A DNA stretch of 63,511 nt, counting the filler. It is 8 parts of 8 records of this genome, joined end to end, with 100 filler letters (N's around TTAATTAATTAA, not from the genome) between each part and the next. Parts side by side here need not be neighbours in the genome. Positions count along the whole stretch, not along the records: positions 43,887 to 50,860 come from SRR31147125_1852; positions 50,961 to 57,896 come from SRR31147125_1860; 6 more parts are not named here. One strand, 5' to 3'. Both the position numbers and the translations under genes were made by a program. Every line of letters begins with the position of its first letter. Within the stretch, counting starts at the first letter, position 1. Of the stretch, positions 43,887 to 53,341 are shown piece after piece. The notes below the pieces were generated by a model. It was not told the origin of the DNA. It was given only the letters and a program-made list of their open reading frames with translations, and made no database searches.

Positions 43887-43976
43887 CTGGTTGAAATAAA
43901 CCACCGAAACATAGCCACATTCGAAAGCAATTTCTTTAATGGGCAGCTGAATATCACGTAGCAGTATTAGTTTAGG
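43887..43976 (-). pseudogene. Remnant of an AraC-family HTH C-terminus
   Basis: Minus frame PKLILLRDIQLPIKEIAFECGYVSVVYFNQ, preceded by an in-frame stop. Confidence 0.5.
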
Positions 43977-44127
43977 TTAAATCTTTTTGATTCTTTCAGA
44001 CAGTTCTAATCCATAAATTTCATCTGATTTCGAAAAATTTCGTAACTTATATAAGCAAAAGAAACTGCTTTTCAGATAATTAGTGCTGAATCAACGATAA
44101 TAATTATTTAAAAACTTAAAGCAGGTT

Positions 44128-44697
44128 ATGGAAAAGATAAAACTCTTTCTTGCTTCCTCCAACGAATTAAAATATGAACGAGAACGGTTCGAGATTGAAA
44201 TATACCGAAAATGCAAATCCTGGTTTGATAAAGGTATTTTTCTCCATCTCGATATATGGGAAGATATGACGGCTCGCATGTCACAAACTGGTTCACAAAG
44301 TGAATACGATAAATTTGTGAAGGATGCCGACATTTTTATTTTTCTTGCATATTCCAAAGTTGGTATGTATACCGAAGAGGAGTTTGAGCATGCTTTTGGT
44401 CAGTTCACATCCACACAAAAGCCTTTCATTTTTACATATTTTAAAACACTTCCGAATAATGCAGAAGATAGCTTAGCTAACTTTAAAAAGAAACTAAGCG
44501 AACTGAAGCATTTTTATGCATATTTCAACGACGTTAATGATTTATGGAACCAGTTTAATAAAGAATTAGAGCGATTGGAAGTTGTTGGATTCACTGAAAA
44601 CAAAAAGTCAGAGAAAAATACCAGGGATACCATTATCTCGCAAACTGCCGAGAAGATTTACAATATTGACAAAATTGACAATGCAAAATTTGATTGA
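44128..44697 (+). CDS. TIR-like / DUF4062-like protein with a C-terminal 17-aa repeat motif
   Basis: IKLFLASSNELKYER, DIWED, SQSEYD...DADIFIFL...KVGMYTEEEFEHA...PFIFTYFK; ends QTAEKIYNIDKIDNAKFD. Confidence 0.65.
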   Translation: MEKIKLFLASSNELKYERERFEIEIYRKCKSWFDKGIFLHLDIWEDMTARMSQTGSQSEYDKFVKDADIFIFLAYSKVGMYTEEEFEHAFGQFTSTQKPFIFTYFKTLPNNAEDSLANFKKKLSELKHFYAYFNDVNDLWNQFNKELERLEVVGFTENKKSEKNTRDTIISQTAEKIYNIDKIDNAKFD

Positions 44698-44703
44698 TAA
44701 GTC

Positions 44704-46050
44704 ATGGCAGATACAATAAATACAGAAAGTGACAATAACATTTTAATACAGGGTGTTACCGGAAGTTCTATTACTGTAAATATTAATGGGCAAACACAGG
44801 AAATTGAAAAAAGATTAGATGTATTACAGGCTTTAATGGAGCAAGTGGCTGCCAAATCGATTCAATCTGCTGATAAGATATATAACATCGGCAGTATTAC
44901 AAATGCAAATTTTGGATATTTGGTTGATCAGGCAGGATGGAATAAATTATTGCCATCCGAATTATCAGAAAATCTTTTGGAAGGCAAACGTTGGATTGAA
45001 TGCCTGCAACTGGAATTACAGAATAAACAAAAAATATCGGTTGGTAATAAGCCCTGGAATATTTTTCAAAATTATGGCTGGTTAATAGAAACTTTTTTGC
45101 AGAAAATGGGAACTGCTACCGGGCAGGAAAAAAATCTTCGTCGCCTTTCGTTTATGACAGAAGCCTGGTACAGCTCTCTTCGGTACCTTTGTTATATTCA
45201 AATTGCGCAAATTCTCCAGATGGAAAACAAACCAAAGCTGGGCATCATTTCCGACTTTGTTCAAATGGAAGGCAACAGATATGTAGATTTTGATTTTATC
45301 AGTCTTCTACTTACTTCTTCCGACATAGTAGGCCCAAATAGTTTTCTAATAGAAATTAATAAGTTTATTGAGGAACTAACAGATACTGAATCGGCATTAT
45401 ATGGAACGGCTCTGTTTTTAGAAGAGCAGCGAAACAAACTAATGACAAACAGTATAGCCGAAGATGAAAAATTGTCTGGTCTGCTTGATGAATACTTAAC
45501 AGCTCTTGTTTATTGGCTGCGTAAGATTTCTTTTCTGTGCAAATACAGGATGGTTTCCATAAAGGAAATAAATTTGAATTACCGTCTGGGATCAGCAAAA
45601 AACTTTGTGCATCTCTATGGCGAACTACACGGTTTATATAGCGAGCTTGGTTTATCTGATGAAGATTACAATACCAAATCTATTGAAAACTTTTTTACCT
45701 ATAACAAAAGTATACTGTTATTTAAGGGCCGTGATATTTCTTCGGGCATGGACGGATTAAAAAATCAAGATACCTATCTGTCACTTTCTCCACTTATTAT
45801 CGACCAAAGTGTTTATGCCGGAAAGCCAACACAAACTCCCGAAATATTTTATTATACCGGATACGATAAAGCCAAACGGCAGTATAACTATTCTCAATAC
45901 AAGAACGAACTGGCATTTGGTGAGAAAAATAAAATTAGCTCCAACAAGGCATTAAAAGTAATGGCACAAAATAATATGCAGCCTCGATTTGACGAATTGT
46001 TTGAACAACTGGACGATGTTTTTAAACTCCTTAAAATTAAACAAGCATGA
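44704..46050 (+). CDS. Uncharacterised 448-aa protein with N-terminal Asn/Ile-rich motifs (candidate adaptor)
   Basis: Clean ORF, 6 bp after the previous gene and overlapping the next (ATGA); carries NNILIQGVTGSSITVNING and QSADKIYNIGSITNANF. Confidence 0.8.
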   Translation: MADTINTESDNNILIQGVTGSSITVNINGQTQEIEKRLDVLQALMEQVAAKSIQSADKIYNIGSITNANFGYLVDQAGWNKLLPSELSENLLEGKRWIECLQLELQNKQKISVGNKPWNIFQNYGWLIETFLQKMGTATGQEKNLRRLSFMTEAWYSSLRYLCYIQIAQILQMENKPKLGIISDFVQMEGNRYVDFDFISLLLTSSDIVGPNSFLIEINKFIEELTDTESALYGTALFLEEQRNKLMTNSIAEDEKLSGLLDEYLTALVYWLRKISFLCKYRMVSIKEINLNYRLGSAKNFVHLYGELHGLYSELGLSDEDYNTKSIENFFTYNKSILLFKGRDISSGMDGLKNQDTYLSLSPLIIDQSVYAGKPTQTPEIFYYTGYDKAKRQYNYSQYKNELAFGEKNKISSNKALKVMAQNNMQPRFDELFEQLDDVFKLLKIKQA

Positions 46051-47738
46051 GCCAGTCAAAATCACCATTCAAGTTTCTCGACTCGTATCAGCAGTCTGAT
46101 GCAGATGTGTTTTTTGGCCGCGATAAAGAAACGGAAAATCTGTACAATGCCTTAAGTGGAGTAAAACTACTGATGGTTTACGGTCCTTCCGGAGCAGGAA
46201 AAACAAGCCTTATTGAATGTGGCCTGAGAAACCAGTTTTCTGATGCCGATTGGTTTGCTCTTACTATTCGAAGGGGAACAGATATAAATGTATCTGTTTT
46301 TGCAGCCATTAACGATGCTCTGAATGAGAAGATACAGATTAATCAGGAAACCAAAATGCCGGCTGATTCGAATATGGAATTTGGCGATGCCATTGAGAAT
46401 TTATTTGCCGAACGTTACCAACCGGTGTACCTGCTGTTCGATCAGTTTGAAGAATTGTTGATTTCAGGAGAAAAAGAGGAAAAGATAAAATTCTTTACCC
46501 TGATTAATAAATTGATTAGAAACAAAGTTCCATGCCGGATTTTAATCATTATGCGGGAAGAATTTATCGGGCACTTATCGGAGTTCGAAATACTCTGTCC
46601 AAGTATCTTCCAACATCGTTTCAGAGTAGAGAAGATGGGGCGTAAAAATGTGGAGGAAGTTATTTTTAAAATTTTGGAAGCTCGCAGGTATCAGGCTTTT
46701 TTTGATGTAGATGATATTAAAAAGATTATAGAGAGCATATTGGCGAAACTGCCCGATAAAAGAAAAGAAATAGAACTGGCACATGTACAAGTGTTTTTGG
46801 AAGAACTGTGGGATAGGGCGCAAAACAGAAAAAAGGAAGACAGTAAACCGGTACTAAGTTATAAGCTGATAAAAAAGACAGATAATCTGGAAGGTATTCT
46901 GGAGAGTTTCTTAAAAAAACAAATTACCGAACTCGAAAGCATTTACCGAAAAGGTGTGCCGTTGGAATTACTGGCTACATTAATTACAGAACGTTTTACC
47001 AAGCTTCAGTTAAGCGAATTGGAAATAAAGGCCGAGTTAGAACGTAAAGAAATAATAACTGAAAAACCGGTAACCAAACTTTTAAACGAGTTGGTTGAAC
47101 CACGCCGTATTTTACGCACCATAAAAATTGAGAACGAAACAAAGTACGAATTAAGCCATGATGTTTTGGCTCTGGTTGTAGGGCAAAACCTTACCGAAGA
47201 AATGAAAATGCGGGAGAAAGCAGGCGATATCTATAACATGTACAGTGAAAGACAAGGATTGTTTTCACAAGATGATATTGATTACCTGCGGCCTTTTCAA
47301 CAATATTTGGCGTATCCTCAGGATTTGCTGGCCAGGATAGACGAAAGTATTACAGCTATAAAACAGAGGGACAAGCAGGAAAAGGTTAAAACAAAAAAAC
47401 GTTTACGCACTTTATACGCCCTTTCAAGCGCTGCTTTAATTGCTCTTGTGGTTGCTATATTCTTTTATTTTTCGGCAATTAGTGCTAAAGAATCGGCTAT
47501 TGCTGAAAGAAATAAAGCAAATAAGGCTTTGGCTGACTTTAAAAAGGCACAAGCTGCCAAAGATGCACTTGTGTTTTATGATTTAGAAAGCCGGGCCAAT
47601 TTAATAATTGAGGTTGGAGGTTCTCCTATTGATATTGTTGGTAAAATGGATAAACTCTGTTCTGAGCACATAGATAGTGCTCGTTGGCAAACTAAAATAA
47701 AATTGATTAAAGAAAGTCTCAAAAATAATGAAAGATGA
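46047..47738 (+). CDS. nSTAND1-type P-loop NTPase with a C-terminal transmembrane helix
   Basis: SPFKFLDSY...FFGRDKE, Walker A GPSGAGKTS, Walker B LLFDQFEEL, IMREEF, YELSHD; TM LYALSSAALIALVVAIFFYF. Confidence 0.85.
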   Translation: MSQSKSPFKFLDSYQQSDADVFFGRDKETENLYNALSGVKLLMVYGPSGAGKTSLIECGLRNQFSDADWFALTIRRGTDINVSVFAAINDALNEKIQINQETKMPADSNMEFGDAIENLFAERYQPVYLLFDQFEELLISGEKEEKIKFFTLINKLIRNKVPCRILIIMREEFIGHLSEFEILCPSIFQHRFRVEKMGRKNVEEVIFKILEARRYQAFFDVDDIKKIIESILAKLPDKRKEIELAHVQVFLEELWDRAQNRKKEDSKPVLSYKLIKKTDNLEGILESFLKKQITELESIYRKGVPLELLATLITERFTKLQLSELEIKAELERKEIITEKPVTKLLNELVEPRRILRTIKIENETKYELSHDVLALVVGQNLTEEMKMREKAGDIYNMYSERQGLFSQDDIDYLRPFQQYLAYPQDLLARIDESITAIKQRDKQEKVKTKKRLRTLYALSSAALIALVVAIFFYFSAISAKESAIAERNKANKALADFKKAQAAKDALVFYDLESRANLIIEVGGSPIDIVGKMDKLCSEHIDSARWQTKIKLIKESLKNNER

Positions 47739-50323
47739 CACGGAATATTCTAATACTCGTTTGTATGATTGTGTTTGTTACAGTTGCAGCACAAGGGCAA
47801 AGCAATTACACCGAAGCTATAAAGCAAGGCGATAAGGCACGCGATAAAGGAGAATATGAATTAGCAATAAATAAATACTTTGCTGCGGAGGCATTTGCAC
47901 CCTCGCAAAAAAAGAATGTAAAATTAAAAGTAGATACTGTTTTTAATTTAATAAATAAACTAAAGGTAGATGCCGAGAATGCCTTAATTATTGCCAAAGA
48001 ACAAAAAGCAGAAGCTGAAAAACAAACCCAAAAAGCACAGAGCCTTACACTTACAGCTTTTGCGATAGAGCAATTCGATAAAAATCCAACTTTATCCATT
48101 CGTTTGGCAGAATTGGCATGGAAAAGAGCTCCAAGCTTCCCACCTGCCCTTCCGTTACAACGAATTGTCTCTAAAGCATTCTATAAATCTTTGGAGAATA
48201 AGAATATTTTTTATTTTAAAAATTTTGTGCACGGATATGACGTAGCACATGTAGGATTTTCACCTGATGGTAAAAAAATTGTGACGGCTTCTTATCTTGA
48301 AGGAACTATTGTAATATGGGATGTTTTATCTGGTAACAAGATTCATAAATTCACAGGGCACATGGCTGAAGTAAACCAAGCTGAATTTTCACCTGATGGT
48401 AAAAGGATTGTGACGGCTTCTGATGATCATACGGCTAAATTATTGGATACTGAACTGGGAAATGAGTTAACTACATTAATTGGACATAAAGAAGCGGTTG
48501 TTAGCGCTAAATTTTCATTCGATGGAAAAAGAATTGTGACTGCTTCTTGGGATAATACAGCAAAGATCTGGGATACTGAAACTGGGGCTGAACTCAACAA
48601 TCTCAAAGGACATAGCGATATTGTATGGAATGCAAAATTTTCGCCTGATGGGAAAAAGATAGTGACTAGTTCTGACGATAAGACAGCAAAACTATGGAGT
48701 GTTGAATCCGGTAAGGAATTGCATACATTTTTTGGGCATGAAGGATGTATCTGGAGTGTGGCATTTTCTCCTGCATGCATAGATGACCCTAACGGTGGAG
48801 GGAAGATAGTGACAGCTTCTGAGGATGGAACCGTGAGAATCTGGGATGCAAAATCAGGGAAAGTAATCCATAAACTAGCAGGACATAAAGATGATGTTTA
48901 CGACGTTGAATTTTCTCCCAGTGGGAAAAAAATTGTGACGGTGTCAAAGGATAATACAGCAAGGATCTGGGATACAGAATTTGGACAAGAACTCTATATG
49001 TTAAAGGGGCATGTGGACTTTGTTTTTAGTGCAAAATTCTCACCTGATGGAAAAAAAATATTAACTGCTTCTGAAGATGGAACGGCAAAACTATGGGATG
49101 CAGAATCAGGGAAAGAGTTACTTGCTTTAAAGGGGCATGAGGCCTCTCTAACCTGCATAGAGTTTTCATCTGATGGAAAAAAGATTGCAACTTCTTCTTG
49201 GGATAATACGGTGAAAATATGGACTGTGGATTCAAAGAATGTAATTCATACACTGAGGCATGAAGGTTTTGTTAACAACTCATTATTTTCACCAGATGGG
49301 GAAAAGATTGTAACTGCTTCCTATGATAAAACTACAAAGTTATGGGAAGTCGAATCAGGCACAGAGCTCTTTACTCTTTCAGGAAATATGGATAATGTGT
49401 ATGCTGAATTTTCATCAGATGGGAAAACGCTTCTGACTGTTTCGGGAGAAACAAGGCTATGGGATGCAGAATCTGGAATCTGCCTACGTAAGCTTATGGG
49501 GCATAAATCCTATATTGGAAGTGCTGTTTTTTCACCTAATGGAAAAAAGATTGTAACTGCATCTGATGATATAACAGCAAAGGTCTGGGATACTGAATCA
49601 GGTGCAGAACTCCATACTTTAAAAGGACATGAGTCTAGGATTAGTAATTCGATATTTTCACCTGCTGGGAACAAGATTGTAACTTCCTCCTGGGATAATA
49701 CAGCAAAGATATGGGATGTGGAATCAGGTGCAGAACTCCAAACTTTAAAAGGACATAAGTCTTGGATTAGTAATTCAGTATTTTCATCGGATGGAAACAA
49801 GGTTGTGACTTCCTCCTTGGATAATACAGCAAAGATATGGGATACAGATTCAGGGAAAGAACTCTATACGTTATTCCATGAAGGTGATGTATATAAACCA
49901 GAGTTCTCTCCTGATGGGAAAAAGATTATTACTTCCAGCTTGGGAGTAGTAATGGTTTGGGATGTAGAATCTGGCAATGAGATAACTCAACTAAAAGGAC
50001 CTGGGATTTATGTCATTAATCCTAAATTTTCACCTGACGGGAAAAAAATTGTGACAGGAGCTGGTGAAGGTATAGCAGTTATTTGGGAAACAGATTCAGG
50101 GAAAGAAATAATTAGACTCAATATGCACGAGGACATGATTTGTAACACCGCATTTTCTCCCGATGGAAAAAAGATAGTCACAGCTTCCTTGGATAAAACT
50201 GCAAAAATATGGCTTACCCCGGAAGGAATTATAGATTGGTTGGGCAAGCAAAAGAATATTTACAAGCTAACCAATGAAGACCTGAAAGAGCTTGGTATTG
50301 ACTTTATTGATTTAAAAGAATAG
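47735..50323 (+). CDS. Exported WD40 protein (16 repeats) with signal peptide and an N-terminal helical/TPR-like region
   Basis: MTRNILILVCMIVFVTVAAQGQS; 16 repeats of GH...FSPDGKKIVTAS.D.TAKIWD. Confidence 0.92.
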   Translation: MTRNILILVCMIVFVTVAAQGQSNYTEAIKQGDKARDKGEYELAINKYFAAEAFAPSQKKNVKLKVDTVFNLINKLKVDAENALIIAKEQKAEAEKQTQKAQSLTLTAFAIEQFDKNPTLSIRLAELAWKRAPSFPPALPLQRIVSKAFYKSLENKNIFYFKNFVHGYDVAHVGFSPDGKKIVTASYLEGTIVIWDVLSGNKIHKFTGHMAEVNQAEFSPDGKRIVTASDDHTAKLLDTELGNELTTLIGHKEAVVSAKFSFDGKRIVTASWDNTAKIWDTETGAELNNLKGHSDIVWNAKFSPDGKKIVTSSDDKTAKLWSVESGKELHTFFGHEGCIWSVAFSPACIDDPNGGGKIVTASEDGTVRIWDAKSGKVIHKLAGHKDDVYDVEFSPSGKKIVTVSKDNTARIWDTEFGQELYMLKGHVDFVFSAKFSPDGKKILTASEDGTAKLWDAESGKELLALKGHEASLTCIEFSSDGKKIATSSWDNTVKIWTVDSKNVIHTLRHEGFVNNSLFSPDGEKIVTASYDKTTKLWEVESGTELFTLSGNMDNVYAEFSSDGKTLLTVSGETRLWDAESGICLRKLMGHKSYIGSAVFSPNGKKIVTASDDITAKVWDTESGAELHTLKGHESRISNSIFSPAGNKIVTSSWDNTAKIWDVESGAELQTLKGHKSWISNSVFSSDGNKVVTSSLDNTAKIWDTDSGKELYTLFHEGDVYKPEFSPDGKKIITSSLGVVMVWDVESGNEITQLKGPGIYVINPKFSPDGKKIVTGAGEGIAVIWETDSGKEIIRLNMHEDMICNTAFSPDGKKIVTASLDKTAKIWLTPEGIIDWLGKQKNIYKLTNEDLKELGIDFIDLKE

Positions 50324-50328
50324 TAAAA

Positions 50329-50811
50329 ATGGATTCAGAAAAATTTAAAGAATATCTTGAAAAAAGATATTACGACCAGCTAAATTACTATAGAAATTCA
50401 TCGGGCAAGAACCGGAAAAAATATAAGAGTTTTCAATGGGTATTAATTATTCTTTCTGCTATTACACCTGTGCTGGCCGCAATGCATGGCGAGAAACTTA
50501 ATACTCAGTTTGTTGTTGTAATTATTTCAGCCATTGTTGCCATATTAACGTCCGGCCTTAAAACGTTCAAATACCAGGAATTGTGGGCCAGTTATCGCGC
50601 CACTTATGAGCAACTAAAACCAGAAATATATTATTATAATTATAATGTTGGCCCTTATGGTGAACCTGAAGTTAATAAGGAATCTTTGTTTATTTCCAGA
50701 GTAGAAGCAATTTTGGATAAAGAGCACCAGGGATGGCCGCCTGCCCAAAAGCTTCGTGAGGACAAAGATAACCCCGATACAATTTTGGGTGAAGATAGAA
50801 AGCAGCCTTGA
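50329..50811 (+). CDS. DUF4231 / SLATT-like two-TM protein
   Basis: YLEKRYYDQLNYY...KYKSFQ, two TM helices, KYQELWASYRATYEQLK.E, FISRVEAIL..EH..W. Confidence 0.8.
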   Translation: MDSEKFKEYLEKRYYDQLNYYRNSSGKNRKKYKSFQWVLIILSAITPVLAAMHGEKLNTQFVVVIISAIVAILTSGLKTFKYQELWASYRATYEQLKPEIYYYNYNVGPYGEPEVNKESLFISRVEAILDKEHQGWPPAQKLREDKDNPDTILGEDRKQP

Positions 50812-50860
50812 GCTCTAAAATGACTTTCTCGTGCTTCGTCCCTATTAATCAACGATTTTT

Positions 50861-50960
50861 NNNNNNNNNNNNNNNNNNNNNNNNNNNNNNNNNNNNNNNN
50901 NNNNTTAATTAATTAANNNNNNNNNNNNNNNNNNNNNNNNNNNNNNNNNNNNNNNNNNNN
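50861..50960. other. Artificial contig spacer
   Basis: N44-TTAATTAATTAA-N44. Confidence 0.98.
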
Positions 50961-50992
50961 AATCAATGCTCATCTCATCGAACACATATACA

Positions 50993-51144
50993 TATCGACC
51001 AGACCGTCGATATTTTCGACCATTTGGTCGATATATATTAAACTAACGCGTGGTTTACAAAATTCCAACAACTTTTTAATAAAAATAATATCAACACGTT
51101 ACCTCATTCGTCTTAATAAAAACAAGATTTGGCATATACATTGC
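50993..51144 (+). promoter_or_regulatory. Sigma54 promoter with tandem enhancer palindromes and an IHF site
   Basis: TCGAC-N6-GTCGA at 50995-51010 and 51016-51031; TATCAACACGTTA (WATCAANNNNTTR) 51089-51101; TGGCATATACATTGC (GG-N10-GC) 51130-51144. Confidence 0.75.
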
Positions 51145-51207
51145 TTAAGCAAGAGTAGGACCACAAATAGAATTAGTAATATTTTTTTTCATAAAGGAGA
51201 ACCAGAA

Positions 51208-51957
51208 GTGAACTCTTTTCGATTTTACTTTTCACTGTTTTTCTCTCTAATTGTTCTTCTCTCTGTTAATGTATCAACATCCTATGCTCAGGCTAAGGGC
51301 AATAAAGAGACCAGGCATGGCAACAAATTTGTCGATAAAAACGGTGATGGCTACAATGATAACGCACCGGATCATGATGGTGACGGTATACCCAATGGTC
51401 AGGATCCGGATTACGTCCAACCTAAGGAGGGCGATAATAAAAACGAACCAGGATCTATGGATAAAGATGAGAATGAAATAAACGAAAAGGCAATTGATGA
51501 GGAGGATAGTAATTCTGACGGCAAGGATTCTAATCCTGTCAAGACTCAAAATAATAAAAACAAACGTACCAGAGGATTCGTCGATGAAGATGGAGATGGG
51601 ATAAATGATAACGCACCTGACCATGACGGCGATGGCATTCCAAACGGACAGGATCCAGATTATAATAGTACAAATAATAACAATGATACAGGTAAAGGCA
51701 AGGGGCCACAATTCAACGGCTTTATAGACGAGGATGGGGATGGCCTCAATGATAACATGATGGATGCAGATGCTGATGGTATCCCTAACGGCCAGGACGG
51801 TGACTGGGTAAGACCGGAAGACTGCCTTAAAAAAGGTGGACTTGGTCGTGGCCGAAGAATGGGTGATGGGTTTGGTAATAACGATAATACTCAAGACGGT
51901 GCAACTGGAAATGGTAACGATAATGGTAATCGTCAGGGATCAGGAAAAGGAAAATAA
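51208..51957 (+). CDS. Exported acidic low-complexity protein with three Ca-binding-like DxDxDG repeats
   Basis: GTG start after AAGGAG; signal peptide; F(V/I)DxxGDGxNDNxxDxDxDGIPNGQDxD three times. Confidence 0.8.
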   Translation: MNSFRFYFSLFFSLIVLLSVNVSTSYAQAKGNKETRHGNKFVDKNGDGYNDNAPDHDGDGIPNGQDPDYVQPKEGDNKNEPGSMDKDENEINEKAIDEEDSNSDGKDSNPVKTQNNKNKRTRGFVDEDGDGINDNAPDHDGDGIPNGQDPDYNSTNNNNDTGKGKGPQFNGFIDEDGDGLNDNMMDADADGIPNGQDGDWVRPEDCLKKGGLGRGRRMGDGFGNNDNTQDGATGNGNDNGNRQGSGKGK

Positions 51958-52023
51958 AACATTCTGACTATAATAATGATGGCCTAAAAGGCCTTCTTAT
52001 TTAACGATTAAAGGTTTAATATT

Positions 52024-53157
52024 ATGCAGTTTAAATTAGTCAATATCATGCAACTTTTATTGTTGCCGGTTTTATTATATGGCCAGATTGGCTTAAAAAT
52101 TGAAACGGAAAACGGTTATACCAGTAATGCATTTGCCACTTTTGATACTCGTCCTGATTATTATACACGTTTTTCTGCAACATTGAATCAGGATTGGCTT
52201 GGTGAAAGCTATGGCCTGAGAGGATTCTATGAAGGTGATTATAGCGCATTTAATAAATACAAAGACAGAAACTTTTTTAGCCATTATGCCGGAGTTCGTT
52301 TTTATAAATATCTGAAAGATAATGGCAGCAGGCTCAATGCCGGAGTACATCTGGGAACAAGATCTCATACGGAATCCTATGAATGGTATGAGCGCCAGGA
52401 AGCTAATGCCTATTTAAATGTCAAGCTTGTGCTTGCGGATCAGTTCTATGGTTATACCGGAGCAACAATACGCTGGCGAGAATATTCAATCCTGGATGCA
52501 TTTTCATATTGGCAGAATGCTTTGTTTTTAAGATTCAGCCGTTTTTTTAATAGCGGTACGACTTTAATGTTCGAGACAAATCTATTATCTAAAAACTATT
52601 ATCCTGCGAACTCGGTCAGCGACATCGCCTATCTACCGGAAATAGTCACTTTGGGCGAGGGTAATAGCAGACAATTCGTTGGTATTTTTAAAATAGCTCA
52701 GGCTATTACACAAAAAACAGGGCTCAGTTTTCAAGCTCTATTACGAAATAATTTAGAAAACACAATCCGATACCTGGGATCTTCAGATGGTCTCTATTAC
52801 TCGGATGAAGAACTGTTTGATGATGTATTCGGATATAAAAGTCATGAATACATGCTCAATCTTAAAAATCACCTTCCCTGGAAAATGAAATTAAATGCCG
52901 GAAGCGCAGTCGCTTTTAAAAAATATGAGCAGCGCCTGGCTCTGGATCTCGAAGGCAATCCATTTCCGGATAATCGCCTTCGGCAGGATGACAGATGGAC
53001 TTTTTGGCTTTCTTTGGAAAAAAGATTTCATTTCAGCTCAGCTATGCAACCCCTCTCATTTTCAGTTAATTGGACTCTTATTAATAACATTTCAAACGAT
53101 CCATATTACGATTATGAGAGTAATTATATCTCATTTACACTTTCACAGGGTATCTAG
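52024..53157 (+). CDS. Putative outer-membrane beta-barrel protein
   Basis: Short signal peptide; alternating aromatic beta strands; SND.YYDY near the C-terminus. Confidence 0.55.
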   Translation: MQFKLVNIMQLLLLPVLLYGQIGLKIETENGYTSNAFATFDTRPDYYTRFSATLNQDWLGESYGLRGFYEGDYSAFNKYKDRNFFSHYAGVRFYKYLKDNGSRLNAGVHLGTRSHTESYEWYERQEANAYLNVKLVLADQFYGYTGATIRWREYSILDAFSYWQNALFLRFSRFFNSGTTLMFETNLLSKNYYPANSVSDIAYLPEIVTLGEGNSRQFVGIFKIAQAITQKTGLSFQALLRNNLENTIRYLGSSDGLYYSDEELFDDVFGYKSHEYMLNLKNHLPWKMKLNAGSAVAFKKYEQRLALDLEGNPFPDNRLRQDDRWTFWLSLEKRFHFSSAMQPLSFSVNWTLINNISNDPYYDYESNYISFTLSQGI

Positions 53158-53341
53158 TGTTAAACATCGGACATGTATGTCATGTCCATGTAAAAAAACA
53201 CCACTCTGTCAGTGATTATTTATCTAATAATGAGCGCTCACTTTCATTCAGTGATTTTCTCATGATAATGTAAGTGGAGTTAATAAAGCAGAACACGTTC
53301 GGAAACAGAAAAAATAAAATCATATCTTATGGAGCGTAAAA

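Noticed and set aside
48230-50210. CRISPR array or diversity-generating retroelement in the periodic DNA
   Set aside because: The roughly 126-nt period is coding WD40 repeats; no cas or reverse transcriptase gene and no adenine-specific template pair.
23357-50860. One large defence island joining the R-M operon and the STAND operon
   Set aside because: They lie on different contigs separated by spacers, so linkage is unknown.
51274-51894. 206-aa hydrophobic ORF on the minus strand
   Set aside because: Antisense mirror of the Asp/Asn-rich repeat gene.
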